The notes under the pieces are model-generated. The model was not told where the DNA came from. It searched no databases and saw nothing but the letters and a program-made list of their open reading frames with translations. Of a stretch of 64,000 nucleotides of DNA, positions 1-16,474 are shown one piece after another. The stretch lies in assembly GCF_009914755.1 (NCBI RefSeq), contig NC_060929.1. One strand, given 5' to 3'. The position numbers and the translations under genes are program-made. The first letter of the stretch is position 1. Each line of letters starts with the position of its first letter. Source of the stretch: the human T2T-CHM13v2.0 reference genome, Homo sapiens.

Positions 1-377
1 TCAAAACTATGTGGTACTGGTAGAATGACAGACATATAGATCAATAGAATATAATTAAAAATTCAGAAGCAGACACACATACATATGCCCAACTAATTTC
101 TGACAAAGCTATAAGAGCAATTCAATGAAGGAAAGATGGCCTTTTCAATTCACAGTGCTGGAGCAACTGGACAGCCATAAACAAAAAAAATGAACCTCAG
201 CCTAAGTCTCTCACCATATGCAAAAATTAACTCAAAACAAATTTAAATGTGAAGTAAACTATAAAACTTCTAGAAAAATGTAAAAGAAAATCTTTAGGAT
301 CTAGGAGTAGGCAGGTTTCACCAAAATCATGATCCATTAAAAACAACTGATACATTAGACTGCATTAGAATTAAAAA

Positions 378-1660
<1,283 letters not shown>

Positions 1661-3440
1661 TATTTGCAAACCACCTATCTGAAAAAGAACTAGTATCTAT
1701 AATACATAAAGAACTCTTAAATTTAACAGTAAAAACCCAAACAATTCCATTAGAAAACAGCCAAAAGACATTGAGAGAGCTCACTGAATAGGATACACAG
1801 GTGTTGAGTAAGCACATGAAAAGATGTCTCCATCATTAGCCATTAGTGAAATTCAAATTCAAACCATAATGAAATATCACTACACATTCGTCAAAATGAC
1901 TGAAAAAAACATAGTGACAACATCAAATGATGCTGAGGATGTAGCCAAGCTGGATAACCCATACACTGCTGGTGGGAATGTAAAATGGTACAGACACTCT
2001 GGAAAACACTTTGGCAGTTTCTTAAAAAACTAAAACATGCAACTACAATACAACTAGCAATTATACTCCTGAGCATTTATTCCAGATAAATATACTCTTA
2101 GCCTGACAAAATAACCTGTACATAAACATTTATAACAGCTTTATTATAATAACCCCAAACTGCAAACAACTCAGATGTCCACCAAGCTGGTGAATGTTAG
2201 AACAAACTTTGATACATCCCTATCATCTAATCATGCTCAGCAATATAAAAGAACAAATACTGGAACATGAAACATCCTGGATGAATCTTATGCTGAGTAA
2301 AAACAGCCAATCCCAAATGGTTACACACTCACTCCATAACTCCATTTATATAACACTACTAAAATAATAAAATTATAGAATTAGAGAAAAGATAATGGTT
2401 GCCAGAGGTTTAGGGGAGGGTTGGGACAGGCAGAAGTGCTGTGGCTATAAAAGGACAATATAAGAGATCCTTGTGATGATGGAGATGTTCTACGTCTTGA
2501 TTATATCAATTTCAACATTCTGGATATGATGTTGTACTATCAGTTTGCAAGATGCTAGCACTGGGGAAACAGGATAAAGATCCACAAGCAATCTCTACAT
2601 TATTTCTTACAACTGCACTTGTATGACTATCTCAAATTAGAAAGCTAAATGAAAACAGTGAAATGCAGTCAGATTTTAAACTATATTTATCAGTAAATCA
2701 TATTTTTTCTTATAGTGGAAATTTCTAAGTCATGGTACTAATATTCTTTATTTTAATTCATACAAATCTAATGTGAGCTAATAGAGGAGTATACATTTTT
2801 AAAGGCTACTAGGATACATTACAATGAAATAAAATATGAAATTGCTCATAAAATTAAAAGTTTTAAAGCTTTCGGAGCAACAGCAATAACGAAGTATTTT
2901 ATCACTGTTTCTTCCTCAACAGAAAATGAAAGTGTTAGCTATTTCAAAATTACAACTAAAATCAAAGATCTTTTGGTTTTGAGTGCTAGTATAGCATTAA
3001 TTTAGTTCTAAATCTGATGTCACAAATCTGATTCAATTATAGAAACATTTATTGTTCTATTTTCTTGCCACTGATTGCATCTCTAACAAATCATATGACA
3101 AATGCATACCCCATAAGACAAAGAGTCAGAAATTATTCCCAAATCTATTTCTCCTTCCAGAAAACGAAATCAAGTAGAAAAGAGTAAAGTGATCTATAGA
3201 TTTTAGATTGGGACCACTATCTTTATTTGTAACATATCACAAGGAACCATACATGTCATTAAGAAAAAAATTAACCCATCTCTTATTTCTAAATAGTATG
3301 ACAATAATATATGCTAGCTGGTAAAGATTAAAAGTATAAGAGGGAAAGAAAAGCAATAGTTGCAATAAAAAATTTAACATTTGTGCCACAGAGAAATAAT
3401 AAACTTACACAATATCTTAGACTGATCCAGTTTAACCAAC

Positions 3441-4000
<560 letters not shown>

Positions 4001-4379
4001 AAAATGTAGATATAAGTATTAAATAAGTAAACAAATTATTACAAAATACAGATCTGTACTTTCTTTTTTAAAATAAAATACACAAAGACATTAAATATAA
4101 GCCTACATTCACACAACACCAAAGATCCAGTACTTATGTTCACTGTAAGCTAAGTCTGGCCAGAATCTACAAAGAGAGAAGCATTTCTCTACCACCTTTT
4201 ATTCACTGGGGAGGCTGTAATTGCTATAAAGAACCTAACTTTAGAAGTCTAACACATTAGTTGAAGAAATGGTAGAAGTATATGAGAAACAGGAATAAAA
4301 AGGATTAACATGTTTAAGAATGTTATTAAAAAGACAGGCAATATAGCTCCACACAAGCTCACACTTTGCCAAAAGAAGT

Positions 4380-4548
4380 TCTTTGATGCTTCTCACATGT
4401 TAATATGCATATCAATCATCTGGAGATAGTATTAAATGTAGATTCTCATTCAGTAGGTCTGTGGTGAGGCCTGAGAGTGAACATTTCTAATAAGTTGCCA
4501 GGTATTGTGCATACTGCTTTGAGTATATACACTTTGAGTAGCAAGTGT
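4380..4548. mobile_element. MER5-like hAT fragment
   Basis: atcaatcatctggaga...gattctcattcagtaggtctg...catttctaataagttgccaggt...cactttgagtagc. Confidence 0.6.
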
Positions 4549-5684
4549 TAGAAGACTTTCGATGAGTGTCAAATCAGGCAGACTATGCAAAGTCTGTGAT
4601 GAATTATATTCTAAATTTGTTCAGCAGATGAGATTTTAAAATTTTCTATCACAGAAAAAAAAGTTACTCATATATACTATCTTCAATTTGTGGCTAATAA
4701 TAATTAGAAATTTTACTTTCAAGTAACAACTCTAAATAAATCCATACGATTATATGTTCTATATAATATATCTGTATGCTTTTCTTCACACAAAAATATT
4801 TGGAGCATATTGGTCCTCAAGACTATCTTAATGTAGTTCTTAATTATCTTCTGGTATATGATCTATGTATAAAGGTAGTACTGATTCCAACTTCAATTAA
4901 CCAATTTAGCTCACAATGTGCTCTTCCTGCTGCTAGTATTAAGAATAAACCTAAATATATAATTCATTTCTTGGCACTTTTTAAAAGGTCTTTTGATAAC
5001 ATTTTAGCAATATGTAGGTTTCTGTACAAGTTCAAAGAATAAACTCATTTTAACAGGGCTGTGAAAACTTACATTATGAGAATAAACTAATTTGATTTCT
5101 GGAAAGAAATGTCAGGATCATGTATTATGTCTCAAAATTAGGTTAGTTTTTATAAATCCTTAATCACAAGAAATATGACTTTCAGAGAATAATGGCAAAT
5201 GCATCTGCTCACATTCAAACACTTTGGCCTCAAATTATTTACAATAGTAATAAAGGATATTATTCAGAAACAAGCATTTACATACAAAAAAGGTAATATT
5301 TACAAGTATAGTCCAGAACAGTCAGTCATTCATTGTAAAAAGAACAGCCCCCACCTGCTTTCTCCAAAGACTGGACCAATATATCAATAATTTACCCTCA
5401 TCAGCATTATTTCTTTGTGTGAATTTGCTACTCAAAGTTCCCCAGTATAAGAAGTCTGCATAAACAAACACTGAGAACTCATCAAATATAAAAATCTCAC
5501 CCTGATACCAACCCTCTAAAATAAAAATTAAGGATGAATCTTACCTTACATAGAATTAATATTAAAATTTCCAAATAATACATTATTTTTTCTCATATTA
5601 AAACCACAGCCATTTTAAAGGAAGGGCTAAAATTTACAATAACATTAGCATAATTTCTCCAGTGTGATCTTTGCAACTGCTTTT

Positions 5685-6510
5685 TAGAATTCACCACTAA
5701 AGCCATTTGGGCCTAGAGCTTTGAGAAAGAAATCTGAAGCATTTTTAAAATAAATATATAACGTTATTTGGGTTATCTATAGCATTATTTGAGTGAGATT
5801 TTGTTGTGTGTGTTTTTCAAGTTGTTTGTCCATTATATCCAAGTTGTTGAATTTATTAGTATAAAGTTATTCATAAAATTCTCTACTATTGTTTGATATC
5901 TATGAGATATGTAGTGATACCCTCTCTCGTATCTAAAAATTGTCAATTTGCATCTTTGGTCTTTTTTTTTTTTTTAACCCAATTAGTCTGGCTAGCGGCT
6001 TTATCAATTTTACTGATAACACTGAAGAACTGGCTTTTGAAGATTTTATTAATATTTCTTTATTGCATTGCTCTCTTCTATTTAATGGAATTCTGCTGTT
6101 ACCTTCATCATTTCTTTCTTCAGCTTACTTTGGATTTACTTTGCTCTTCTTTATGTAATTTCTTAAGGTGGAAGGTTAGGTCACCAATCTTAAACCTTTC
6201 TACTTTTTTAATAAAAAACTTTAGTGCTACAAATTCTCCTGCAAGCATTGTTTTAGTTGCATACCATAAGTTTTGATATATTGCGTCTTCATTTTCAGTA
6301 AATTTTAAGTATTTTCTAATTTTCTTTGCAATTTCCTCTTCGAATGATGGATAATTTAGAATCATTTTGCTTAGCTTTAAACAATAAAATTGGAGACTTT
6401 CCAGGTAGCTCTCTAACCGAGAAAGCATATTGTATATAGTCAGAAAACATACATTTTATGACTTTAATCCTTTTGGGGCTTGTATTACGGCCCAGAATAT
6501 GGTCTCATTG
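5685..6510 (-). mobile_element. Old L1M ORF2 fragment
   Basis: The ORF 6120-6428(-) peptide IRKYLKFTENEDAIYQNLWYATK...LKKLHKEEQSKSKVS matches L1 ORF2 downstream of the endonuclease domain. Confidence 0.85.
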
Positions 6511-6846
6511 TAAAAGTGGAGAACTTTTCTTTCTGAATCTTCAGCTCAAACTTTTCTTTCCTTAGCTTCAAGCAGTTGATGCTTTCCCAAGATCTTCAGG
6601 AAAATAATAATAATTCCTTTTCATCATTTATAGTGTTATCTTGAAGGGATCTCTAAACTGTCAAGTTCTCTGGAGCCTTCTCATTTACAGTCTATATAAA
6701 TCTAAGAATACATTTTACCTTAACCTCAATCTCACTTTCTTTGAATTGTAAGGTTTTTTCCTGTTATATTATTATACTAAATATAGAACCACCAAAAAGT
6801 ATAATTATTATTATTTTAATGGTAGGTTTTTCTATTTTACATAAAA

Positions 6847-6902
6847 ACAAAAGGAAAATTAAAACAACTAAAGGCACAAAAGGAAAATTAAAACAACTAA
6901 AA
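6847..6902 (+). repeat. Short tandem duplication (2 x ~26 bp acaaaaggaaaattaaaacaactaaa)
   Basis: Seen directly. Confidence 0.85.
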
Positions 6903-7109
6903 AAGTTCATAATGGGTTGAGTGTAGAGTGTGTCAGAGGAAAATACGCTACACAGGTCAGCTGAGGCCTGTAAGCCATATCAAGGAACCTAAGTCACTGA
7001 GAAATATAAGGTAACAAAATCTGTCATTTTGGAACCTCATTTTGGTTTCAGAGAACAACTGGCAAAAAGCACAACTTGAGCAAGGGAGATGAGTCAGGAG
7101 AACTCCAAT

Positions 7110-8150
7110 AGAGCACTTCACTCATCTCCATGTGACTAAATCTAAAGACATCATTACTCCTTCCTTTGTTAGATATCCTTCACATGGCTTTAAAGACTCA
7201 GTAGTCTCATGGTTCTTCTCTTGTCTCAATGAACTGTGCTTTTTGGTCCCCATTGCTGATTTCTCATCTCCTCTTCTTAATGATGAAGTGCTCCTCGGCC
7301 TAGTGCTTGGATTTTTTCTCTATATATTCTCATTCCTTTATTCAAGTCATCCTCACCAATGGCTTTAATTTTTTCCAAAGCACTATTACCATCTAATCAC
7401 AATGTCTTTTACTTATTTATTTTGTTCATTATCTGTCTTCCCTTTCCCACAAGAATGTAATCTCTGTGAGGGAAGGGATGTTTGTATGTTTTGTTACTTA
7501 TGTGCTCTCGGTACCTAGAATACTGCCTGATAGAGAGTAGACAGCCAAGAAATACATGTTAATAACTAAATGAATGAATGAGCAAAGGAAAGAAGCCTGG
7601 ACTAAAGTGGACGCAACATGGGCACAAAAGATTAAAGGAATAACCAATATAATGTAGAAAGACTGGCTAGCTCTACAGATTGAGGGAAAGAAGGAACTCA
7701 AGCTTAACTTCCTGGTAGCTGGTGTGGGTGGAGTAGAAAAACGATAAATTCGGTTTTGCACATGTAGAATGTGAGGCACTGAATAAAATACTCAAGTGAA
7801 GACGTCTAGTCCAGAGCAGAAAGAGACAGGATGTAGATACAGATTTAGAGTCAAGTAGCACAGACATGGTATTAGAAATTATGAGAGTGAATTCATTTAC
7901 CAAAGGAAATTGGACAGAGTGATTTAAAAAAAAAAAAAAAAGACCTAGAAATGAGCCCCGACAAATTAAAGGGTAGACAAAAAAAAAAAAAAAAAAAAAA
8001 GACGAGGCAAAGGACACGGAAAATGAGCGTTCAGATAGGTAAAGGGAAAACCAGAGACTAGTGTGACATGACAGCATAGTTAAGATAACATATTGAGAAG
8101 AAAAAAGTCACAATGTTAAATATTGCTAAGTGGGAAAAATAATCTTAAAA
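7110..8150. mobile_element. L2 fragments in both orientations
   Basis: L2 3' end signature gaatgtaatctctgtgagggaaggga...cctagaatactgcctgata...aatgaatgaatga at 7453-7580, plus degenerate L2-like text beyond it. Confidence 0.65.
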
Positions 8151-8162
8151 ACATTAAGATGG

Positions 8163-8518
<356 letters not shown>

Positions 8519-8780
8519 TTACTCTTGCACCTCTGCCTCTGCCATGAAAACATGCCCAGGCTAAGTTGCTGGAGGATGAGACAACTGGAACAGAGCTGAG
8601 TTGTCCGCACTGTGCTGACCAAAGCCATGCTAAATCAGCGGAACCTCAGTCAACTGCCAGGTACATCAGGGAGCGACTCAAGAGCAGAACTGTCCAGCCA
8701 AAGCCAGTCTAACCTGCTAACTCACGGGCTTGTAAGCAAAATAAATGCTTATTGCTTTTTTTTGTTTTTAATGAAAAGAC

Positions 8781-9606
8781 TGTTATCAAGCAGAATTCTG
8801 GCTCTTGTGCTAGGAGCCAATACTATAACAATGGGTTTTTGAGAAAAGAAAAGCTTTGTATTGCAAATCTCCTCACAAGGAGACAGGAGCATCAAGCGCA
8901 AATCTGTCTCCTTGTGCCAGCTTTAAGGTAGTATTTGTATTAGAAAAGGGCTACGGGGTAGATGTTGGCATTAGCAGTGATTGGTAGAAAGAAACGGGAG
9001 GTCTGGAAAGTCTTCAGGCATGTGCAGTTATCTCCTCATGACTCCTCATAGGTCCCATGTGCAAATTCTGGGAGAGTTAGTATGAAACACGTGATGAAAA
9101 TTCAGTCTGTGACACAAGCAAACTCGTTTTGCAGAAAGTCTAGTTGGTCATATTGGTTCCAACTGATTTCAACCAGTTTTTAAATCTCATGAACAGAGAC
9201 AGTTTCAGTAAGTTGTTTTTTTTTTTTTTTTTTTTTCTGAGACAGAGTCTTGCTCTGTCACCCAGGCTGGAATGCAGTGGCGCAATCTCAGCTCACTGCA
9301 ACCTCTGCCTCCCGGGTTCAAGCAATTTTCTACCTCAGCCTCCTGAGTAGCTGGGATTACACGTGCCCGCCACCACGCCCAGCTAATTTTTGTAATTTTA
9401 GTAGAGACGGAGTTTCACCATCTTGGCCAGGCTGGTCTTGAACCCCTGACCTCGTGATCCACCTGCCTCAGCCTCCCAAAGTGCTGGGATTACAGGCGTG
9501 AGACATCGTGCCCGGCCAGTAAGTTGTTTCTTTATCTGCCATCCTGTAAACTCAAGAATTTCTGTTAGTTACTGGTTTCTTTAACTCTTTGGGGCATGAT
9601 TTCACA
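8781..9606 (-). mobile_element. ERV1 solo LTR (MER67-like), containing an antisense Alu at 9215-9517 (TSD agtaagttgttt)
   Basis: TG...CA termini. The reverse complement starts tgtgaaatcatgccccaaagagttaaagaaaccagtaactaacagaaattc. Confidence 0.55.
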
Positions 9607-9749
9607 TGAGCATATTTAAATGCTGATGGGAAAAAGCCAATACAGAAAATACAATGAAAGATGAAGGGAGCAGATAATTTACAGAAGATGGGTCACAGCA
9701 TAATAGTACATGCCAAAATAGGAAAAAAGGGAAAAGAGACACTAGGTAT

Positions 9750-12275
9750 CCAGTTCCAAGATGCTGGAATATAAAGAAGCTAGTGTCACTCTCCCCTACA
9801 AAAAAAACAAAAACAAATACACAGCACTGAGATTATCACCAGCAGTATCCCAGAACTCAAACATGAGAATGAGACAGTTCCCAGGGTCACAGAGATGTAA
9901 GAGGTAGATAGTAAGAGAATTGGACTTCTATTTCTGTGATGCCTCTCCCCACATACTGCCCTGCACCTAGTACATGGGAAATTTCCCTCCAATTCACAGT
10001 TTCCACACTAGAAAAGGTGAGATTGAAGTGCACAACCAGATCCCCACCATCTTGGGGTCCCTGGCAAAAATCCTGCCCCTGCCTTAACCCATAAGAAGCA
10101 TCATGAGTGCCAAAAGACAGACATATCCCTGAGGATAGGTAGAGACAAACAGGGGAAGTGGAACTATCATCCACAGCCCTGGATGATAGGCTTAACCAAA
10201 TGAGACACCGAATCAAGAGTGGTAGTTCATCAGTATCACACTGTAGGAGGTGCATTCCACAGGTCACCTGGGCACAAACCATTAGCTAGCCTTCCAACAC
10301 ACTGAGATATCCTCTTTGAGGCCTCCCCCATTTGGGATGAGCAGCACTCCAATCATTTACTGGAACTGAGGTAAACATGGGCTTAAGGTACCACCTACAG
10401 CCAAAAACACGGCAGCAGCCTTGCAGTAAAGAATCTATCTCTAAGCAAATATATCAAATAAAAAACAAAAGAAGCCAAACAGAGAAGACTGGAATAACTA
10501 ACTAATCCTTCAATGTGAGGACAAAGACATGCATCCACAAGAAACAACAGCAAACAGGGAACCATAACTTTCCCCAAATAGACAAATCAAGGAACTAGTG
10601 TCTGACCCTAATGAGATAGTAATGTATGAGCTTTCTGACCAAGAATTCAAAGTAGCAGTGTTAAGGCAGCTCATTGATATCCAACACAACACAAAAAAGC
10701 AATTCAGAAATTTATCACAGAAATTTAATGAGACTGAAATAATAATAATAAAATCAAATGAAAATCTTGGAACGGAGAAATACATTTGCTTAACTGAAAA
10801 ACTCATTAGGGGCTATCAACAGCAAAATGGAACAATGAAAGGAAAGAATCAGAGAACTCAAAGACAGGCTATTTGAAAATACACAGTCACAGGAGGGAAG
10901 AAAAATGAAAAGGCATGAAGACCACCTACGAGATACAGAAAATTAACTCAAAAGACCAAATCTAAGGATTATTGGTGTTCAAGAGGGAGCTGGGCAAGAG
11001 CAAGGAGTAGAAAGTTTACTCAAAGAAATAGTAACAGAAAACTTTCCAAAACATGAGAAAGACATAAATATCCAGGTACATGAAGGCCAGAGAGTACCAA
11101 ACAGACTTGACCGAAATAGGAGTACCCCAAGGCATATAATAATCTAACTGTCAAAAGTCGAGGACAAGGAAAGGATCCTAAAAGCAGCAACAGAAAAGAA
11201 GTAAATAACATGTAAAAGAGCTCCAAGTCTGGCAACAGACTTCTCAACAGAAACCATATAGGCCAGAAGGGAGTGAGATGACATTTTCAAACTGATGAAA
11301 GAAAAACAACTACCATCTAAGCATACTGTACCCAGCAAAGCTATCCTTCAAATAGGAAGGAACAATAAAGTCTTTCGTAGACAAACAAAAGCTGAAAGAA
11401 TTCACCACCACCAGACTCATCTTACAAGAAACACAAGAGAGAGTTCTTCAATTTGAAAGAAAAAAAAAACAACTAATGTGCAAAAAGAAAACATTTGAAG
11501 GTATAAAATCGACAGTTAAAATCAAATACATGGACAAACCCAGAATACTCTAATACAGTAATTGTGGTGTACAATCTACTCATAATTCTAGTATGAAGCC
11601 CAAAAGTCAAATCTATCAAAAACAGTAATAGCTACAGCAAACTATTGAGAAAGGTTAAATAAAAATATGTAAATTGAGGCAATTAAAAGTCAAAATTGGG
11701 GGTTATGGAGTTAAAATGAAGAATTGTTTATTTATTTTCCTTGTGTATTTCTATTATTTTCTTTGTGATCTAAATAATTTGCTATAAGATTTTTTTTGTA
11801 AACCTCATGATAACCACAATGTAAAGACCAATAATATTCACTAAAATAAAAAGCAACAAATTAAAACACACTACCAGGGAAAATCACTTAATCACAATGA
11901 AAGACACTAAGTAAAGAAAAAAGCAAGAGAGGATTTGCAAAACAACCAGCAAACAAGCAACAAAATGGCAGTAGTAAGTGAATAATAACAGCACTGAATG
12001 TAACGAACACAATTCTCTAATTAAAAAGCACCCAGTTGCTCAATGGGTAAGAAACAAGACCCAATTATATACTGTCTACAACAAACCCATGTCACCTATA
12101 AAGACACACAGACTGAAAGTGAAGGGTGGAAAAAGATATTCCATGCAACTGTAAAGCAAAAAAGAGCAGAAGTAGTTGTACTTACATCAGATAAAATAGA
12201 CTACAAATCAATGACTGTTAAAAGAGATAAACAAAGTCACTATGTAATGTAAAAGGGTCAATTCAGCAAAAGGAG
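9750..12275 (+). mobile_element. Old L1 (L1M/L1MA) 5' portion: 5'UTR, decayed ORF1, start of ORF2
   Basis: ORF1-like YELSDQEFKVAVLRQL (10598-10876). Endonuclease-like QDPIIYCLQQTH...GWKKIFHA...SDKIDYK (12043-12252). Ends abruptly at a (CA)n run. Confidence 0.88.
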
Positions 12276-13847
12276 ATACACACACATACACACACACCTG
12301 GGGGTATAGTGTTAAGAAAGTATCTCATTTTGTGGATTGGTATCATTGGCTTCCTTAACTAAAGTATTATGAAAGTGGCTAACTTAGGAGCTGTATCTTT
12401 GGGTTTGAATACTGTAGAATAGAGAAACATGTTTGGGTTAATTTAGGAACCACAATTTACCAATGACAGTCACAAATGGATATAAATAATGTAAACATGC
12501 AGTAAACTCATCGTGATGGGTGTTTAGTCTCATAGACTTCTTAAAGGCTATCATAAAGTTTTTTTGTCTTGTCCCTCCTTTGTATACTAAGTGGAATAGA
12601 CCAGATGAAGCAGCTAATATGTTACATGGTGTAAGCCAGCCATGCTGGATTGGCTTTATAATACCCAAAATGTTTACAACAAGCCCTTTATGCAGATGAT
12701 GAGAAATGCAATTAAGGGAGCTCTTTTTATATGCCCTCCCTCCTTAAAATAACCTTACTATTACAAAATCAAGAAATGGTTCTAGAAGCCATATCAGATA
12801 TGCTGTCTCAGCTTCTCCTTATGGGTTTTACAGATGCTAAGAAAATTAAAATAATTCACAAGTCAGGTAGGGATTGGGGGTTGGGAGGCAAGAAGATGGC
12901 AAAAGGACTTGTCTAAGTAGGGTTGAAGTTTTTAAGTGGTTACTAAGAAATGAGAGGGATCAAGGACTTGATGGGGTGAACATAAAATTTTAATGCAGCA
13001 TTATTGAACGGTAGAAGACCAATCAGAGTTTCTGCCAGTTCCCTAGCACTGAAGGGCCTTAAACAAACCTAATTATTTACCCCACTTTGGAAGAATATGA
13101 GAAGCCAGAGGGCAAGATCATATTGAAGAGTATGTCCTCACTTCACTGGAGGTAATGATAGGACAGATGAACCAGGACAAAGATTGAATGGAATGGCCGG
13201 AGTCAATTTGTCTAATCTTGGCTGGCTACTGAAAGCAATATGCATGTGTAAGGTGCCAGAAAGACTTTACTGTTCCTTCATATTTGAAGGATAGCTTGGC
13301 TGGATACAGTATGCTTAGATAGTAGTTGTTTGTCTTTCATCAGTTTGAAAGAAAGGTAGGAAGAAAATTTCTGAGATTCCTTAATACAGGAGCCCAATGT
13401 GCTGTGTTTCCAAACATTTTTATAAAACTCAGTTTGGAAAGATATGGGAATGTTATGGGTGATGGAATTAAGATAAAAGTTTGGATAAGAATTAGAATGT
13501 ATGAACAGATGTTATGTGAAGTATCCTTTACCTGAATTTATTACTGGAATGGATATGGTATCTGATGGGGAATGCTTCCCATACCTAGTACTGTAAAACA
13601 AGAAACACATAAGTTTGCCCTTCAGCCAGTAGTAACCAGATATGCTAAAAGAGTATATGCTAAATAGACTCCAGCCTATAAAGGTTGTTACTCTGAAACA
13701 ACAGAGAATACCTGATGGATAAAAAGAGACTGTAGGTTAAATCAGTGACATATTAGAAGCTGTAGTGCTGATATGACAAATTCTCTGTACAGTAGTCCCA
13801 CTATTACAGGACTAGTCCTGTGTAGCCTGGAAGTGGATGACTCATGG

Positions 13848-14202
13848 TGATATGGTTTGGCTGTGTCCCCAACCAAATCTCAACTTGAACTGTATGTCCC
13901 AGAATTCCCACATGCTGTGGGAGGGACCCAGGGGGAGGTAACTGAATCATGGAGGCCGTTCTTTTCCATGCTATTCTTGTGATAGTGAATAAGTCTCACG
14001 AGATCTGATGGGTTTATCAGAGGTTTCCGCTTTTGCTTCTTCCTCATTGTTCTCTTGCTGCCACCATGTAAAAAATGCCTTCCTCCTACCACCATGATTC
14101 TGAGGCCTGCCCAGCCATATGAAACTGTAAGTCCAATTAAACATATTTTCATTCCCAGTCTCGGGTATGTCTTTATCAGTGGTGTAAAAATGAACCAATA
14201 TA
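13848..14202 (+). mobile_element. THE1 (MaLR) solo LTR inserted in the ERVL RT
   Basis: Starts tgatatggtttggctgtgtcccc. 5-bp TSD catgg/gatgg. Confidence 0.93.
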
Positions 14203-14582
14203 GATGGAAACTAACAGTAAATGACTGAAGTCTCAATAAAGTGGTGCTGCCTATAGCAGCAGCAGTCCCCTGATGAGACATCAGCTGTACAAAGACTATA
14301 ACAATCTAAAGAAGACCAATACTCAGTGACTGATCTTACAAATGCCTTTTTCTTGATATTTATCAGAAAAGTCAGCCACTATTTCCCTTCATCTGGGAAG
14401 GATCACAACTTACATTTGCTGTGTTGCCAAAGGATTATCTGAATTCACTAGCTTACTATCATAATTTGGTTGGGAGAGATCTGGACTTGGTGTAGGTCTC
14501 CACTATGATAATATACTGTGTTATTATACTACCAAAAACTGAAGAGCAAGCCAAGACTGATTTAAAAACAATGGTAACATAC

Positions 14583-16474
14583 TTTGGGCAGTATGGCCAT
14601 TTTCATGATATTGATTCTTTCTATCCATGAGCATGAAATGTTTTTCCATCTGTTTGTGTCCTCTCTCATTTCCTTGAGCAGCGGTTTGTAGTTCTCCTTG
14701 AAGAGGTCCTTCACATCCCTTGTAAGTTGTATTCCTAGGTATTTTATTCTCTTTGTAGCAACTGTGAATGGGAGTAGTATATAGATTCAGTGCTATCCCC
14801 ATTTTCTAATTCTGTGATGAATTGACATTCATCACAGAATTAGAAAAAACTACTTTAAATTTCATATGGAACGAAAAAACAACCCATATAGCCAAGACAA
14901 TCCTAAGCAAAAAGAACAAAGCTGGTGACATCACGCTACCTGACTTCAAACTATACTACAAAGCTACAGTAACCAAAACAGCATGGTACTGGTACCAAAA
15001 CAGATATTTACACCAATGGAACAGAACAGAGATCTCAGAAATAACATCACACATCTACAACCATCTGATCTTTGACAAACCTGACAAAAACAAGCAATGG
15101 GGAAATGATTCCATATTTAATACATGGTGTTGGGAAAACTGACGAGCATATGCAGAAAACTGAAAATGGACCCCTTCCTTAAACCTTATACAAAAATTAA
15201 CTCATGATGGATTAAAGATTTAAATGTAAGACCTAAAACCATAAAAACCCTAGAAGAAAACCTAGGCAATACCATTCAGGACATAGGCATGGGCAAAGAC
15301 TTCATGACTAAAACACCAAAAGCAATGGCAACAAAAGCCAAAATTGACAAATGGGATCTAATTAAACTAAAGAGTTTCTGCACAGCAATAGAAACTGCAA
15401 CCTATAGAATGGGAAAAAATTTTTGCAATCTATCCATCTGACAAAGAGCTAATATCCAGAATCTACAAAGAACTTAAACTTACAAGAAAAAAAACAACCC
15501 CATCAAAAAGTGGGCAAAGGATATGAACAGACATTTCTCAAAAGAAGACATTCATGCAGCCAACAAACATATGGAAAAAAGCTCATCATCACTGGTCACT
15601 AGAGAAATGCAAATCAAATGAGATACCATCTCACACCAGTTAGAATGGCAATCATTAAAAAGTCAAGAAACAACAGATCCTGGAGAGGATGTGGAGAAAC
15701 AGGAATGCTTTTACACTTTTGGTGGGAGTGTAAACTAGTTCAACCATTGTGGAAGACAGTGTGGCAATTCCTCAAGGATCTAGAACCAGAAATACCATTT
15801 GACCCAGCAATCCCATTACTGGGTATATACCCAAAAGGATTATAAATCATTCTACTATAAAGGACATAACTTCACCCCTCCAGGCATCTGGTGTAATTAT
15901 TTGAATACACAGTATTGTTCTCTTTTTCTGAACCTTCATCAAGGCACCAGTGTAATGTTGGATTTCCCTCACTGAGTACCTGTTCATTCATTCACATACC
16001 TTCAGCGTATGTTTATTGCAGCACTGTTCACAATAGCAAAGACTTGGAACCAACTCAAATGTCCATCAATGATAGACAGGATAAAGAAATGCGGCACATG
16101 TACACCACGTAATGCTATGTAGCCATAAAAAAGGATGAGTTCATGTCCTTTGCAGGGACATGGATGAAGCTGGAAACCATCATTCTCAACAAACTAACAC
16201 AGGAACAGAAAACCAAACACCACATGTTCTCACTCATAAGTGGGAGTTTGGGAGTTGAACAATGAAAACACATGGACACGGGGCGGGGGGGGTAACATCA
16301 CACACTGGGGCCTGTTGGTGGGTAGGGGGCTGGGGAGGGACAGCATTAGGAGAAATAACTAATGCAGATGACAGGTTGATGCGTGCAGCAAACCACCATG
16401 GCACATGTATACCTATGTAACAAACCTGCACGTTCTGCACATGTATGCCAGAACTTAAAGTATAATAATAATAA
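14583..16474 (+). mobile_element. 5'-truncated, 5'-inverted L1PA element with 19-bp TSD
   Basis: Inverted ORF2 piece ~14583-14775, forward ORF2 3' end and 3'UTR to the A-rich tail. TSD aaaaacaatggtRacatac at 14564-14582 and 16475-16493, at a TTT/AAAA endonuclease site. Confidence 0.95.
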
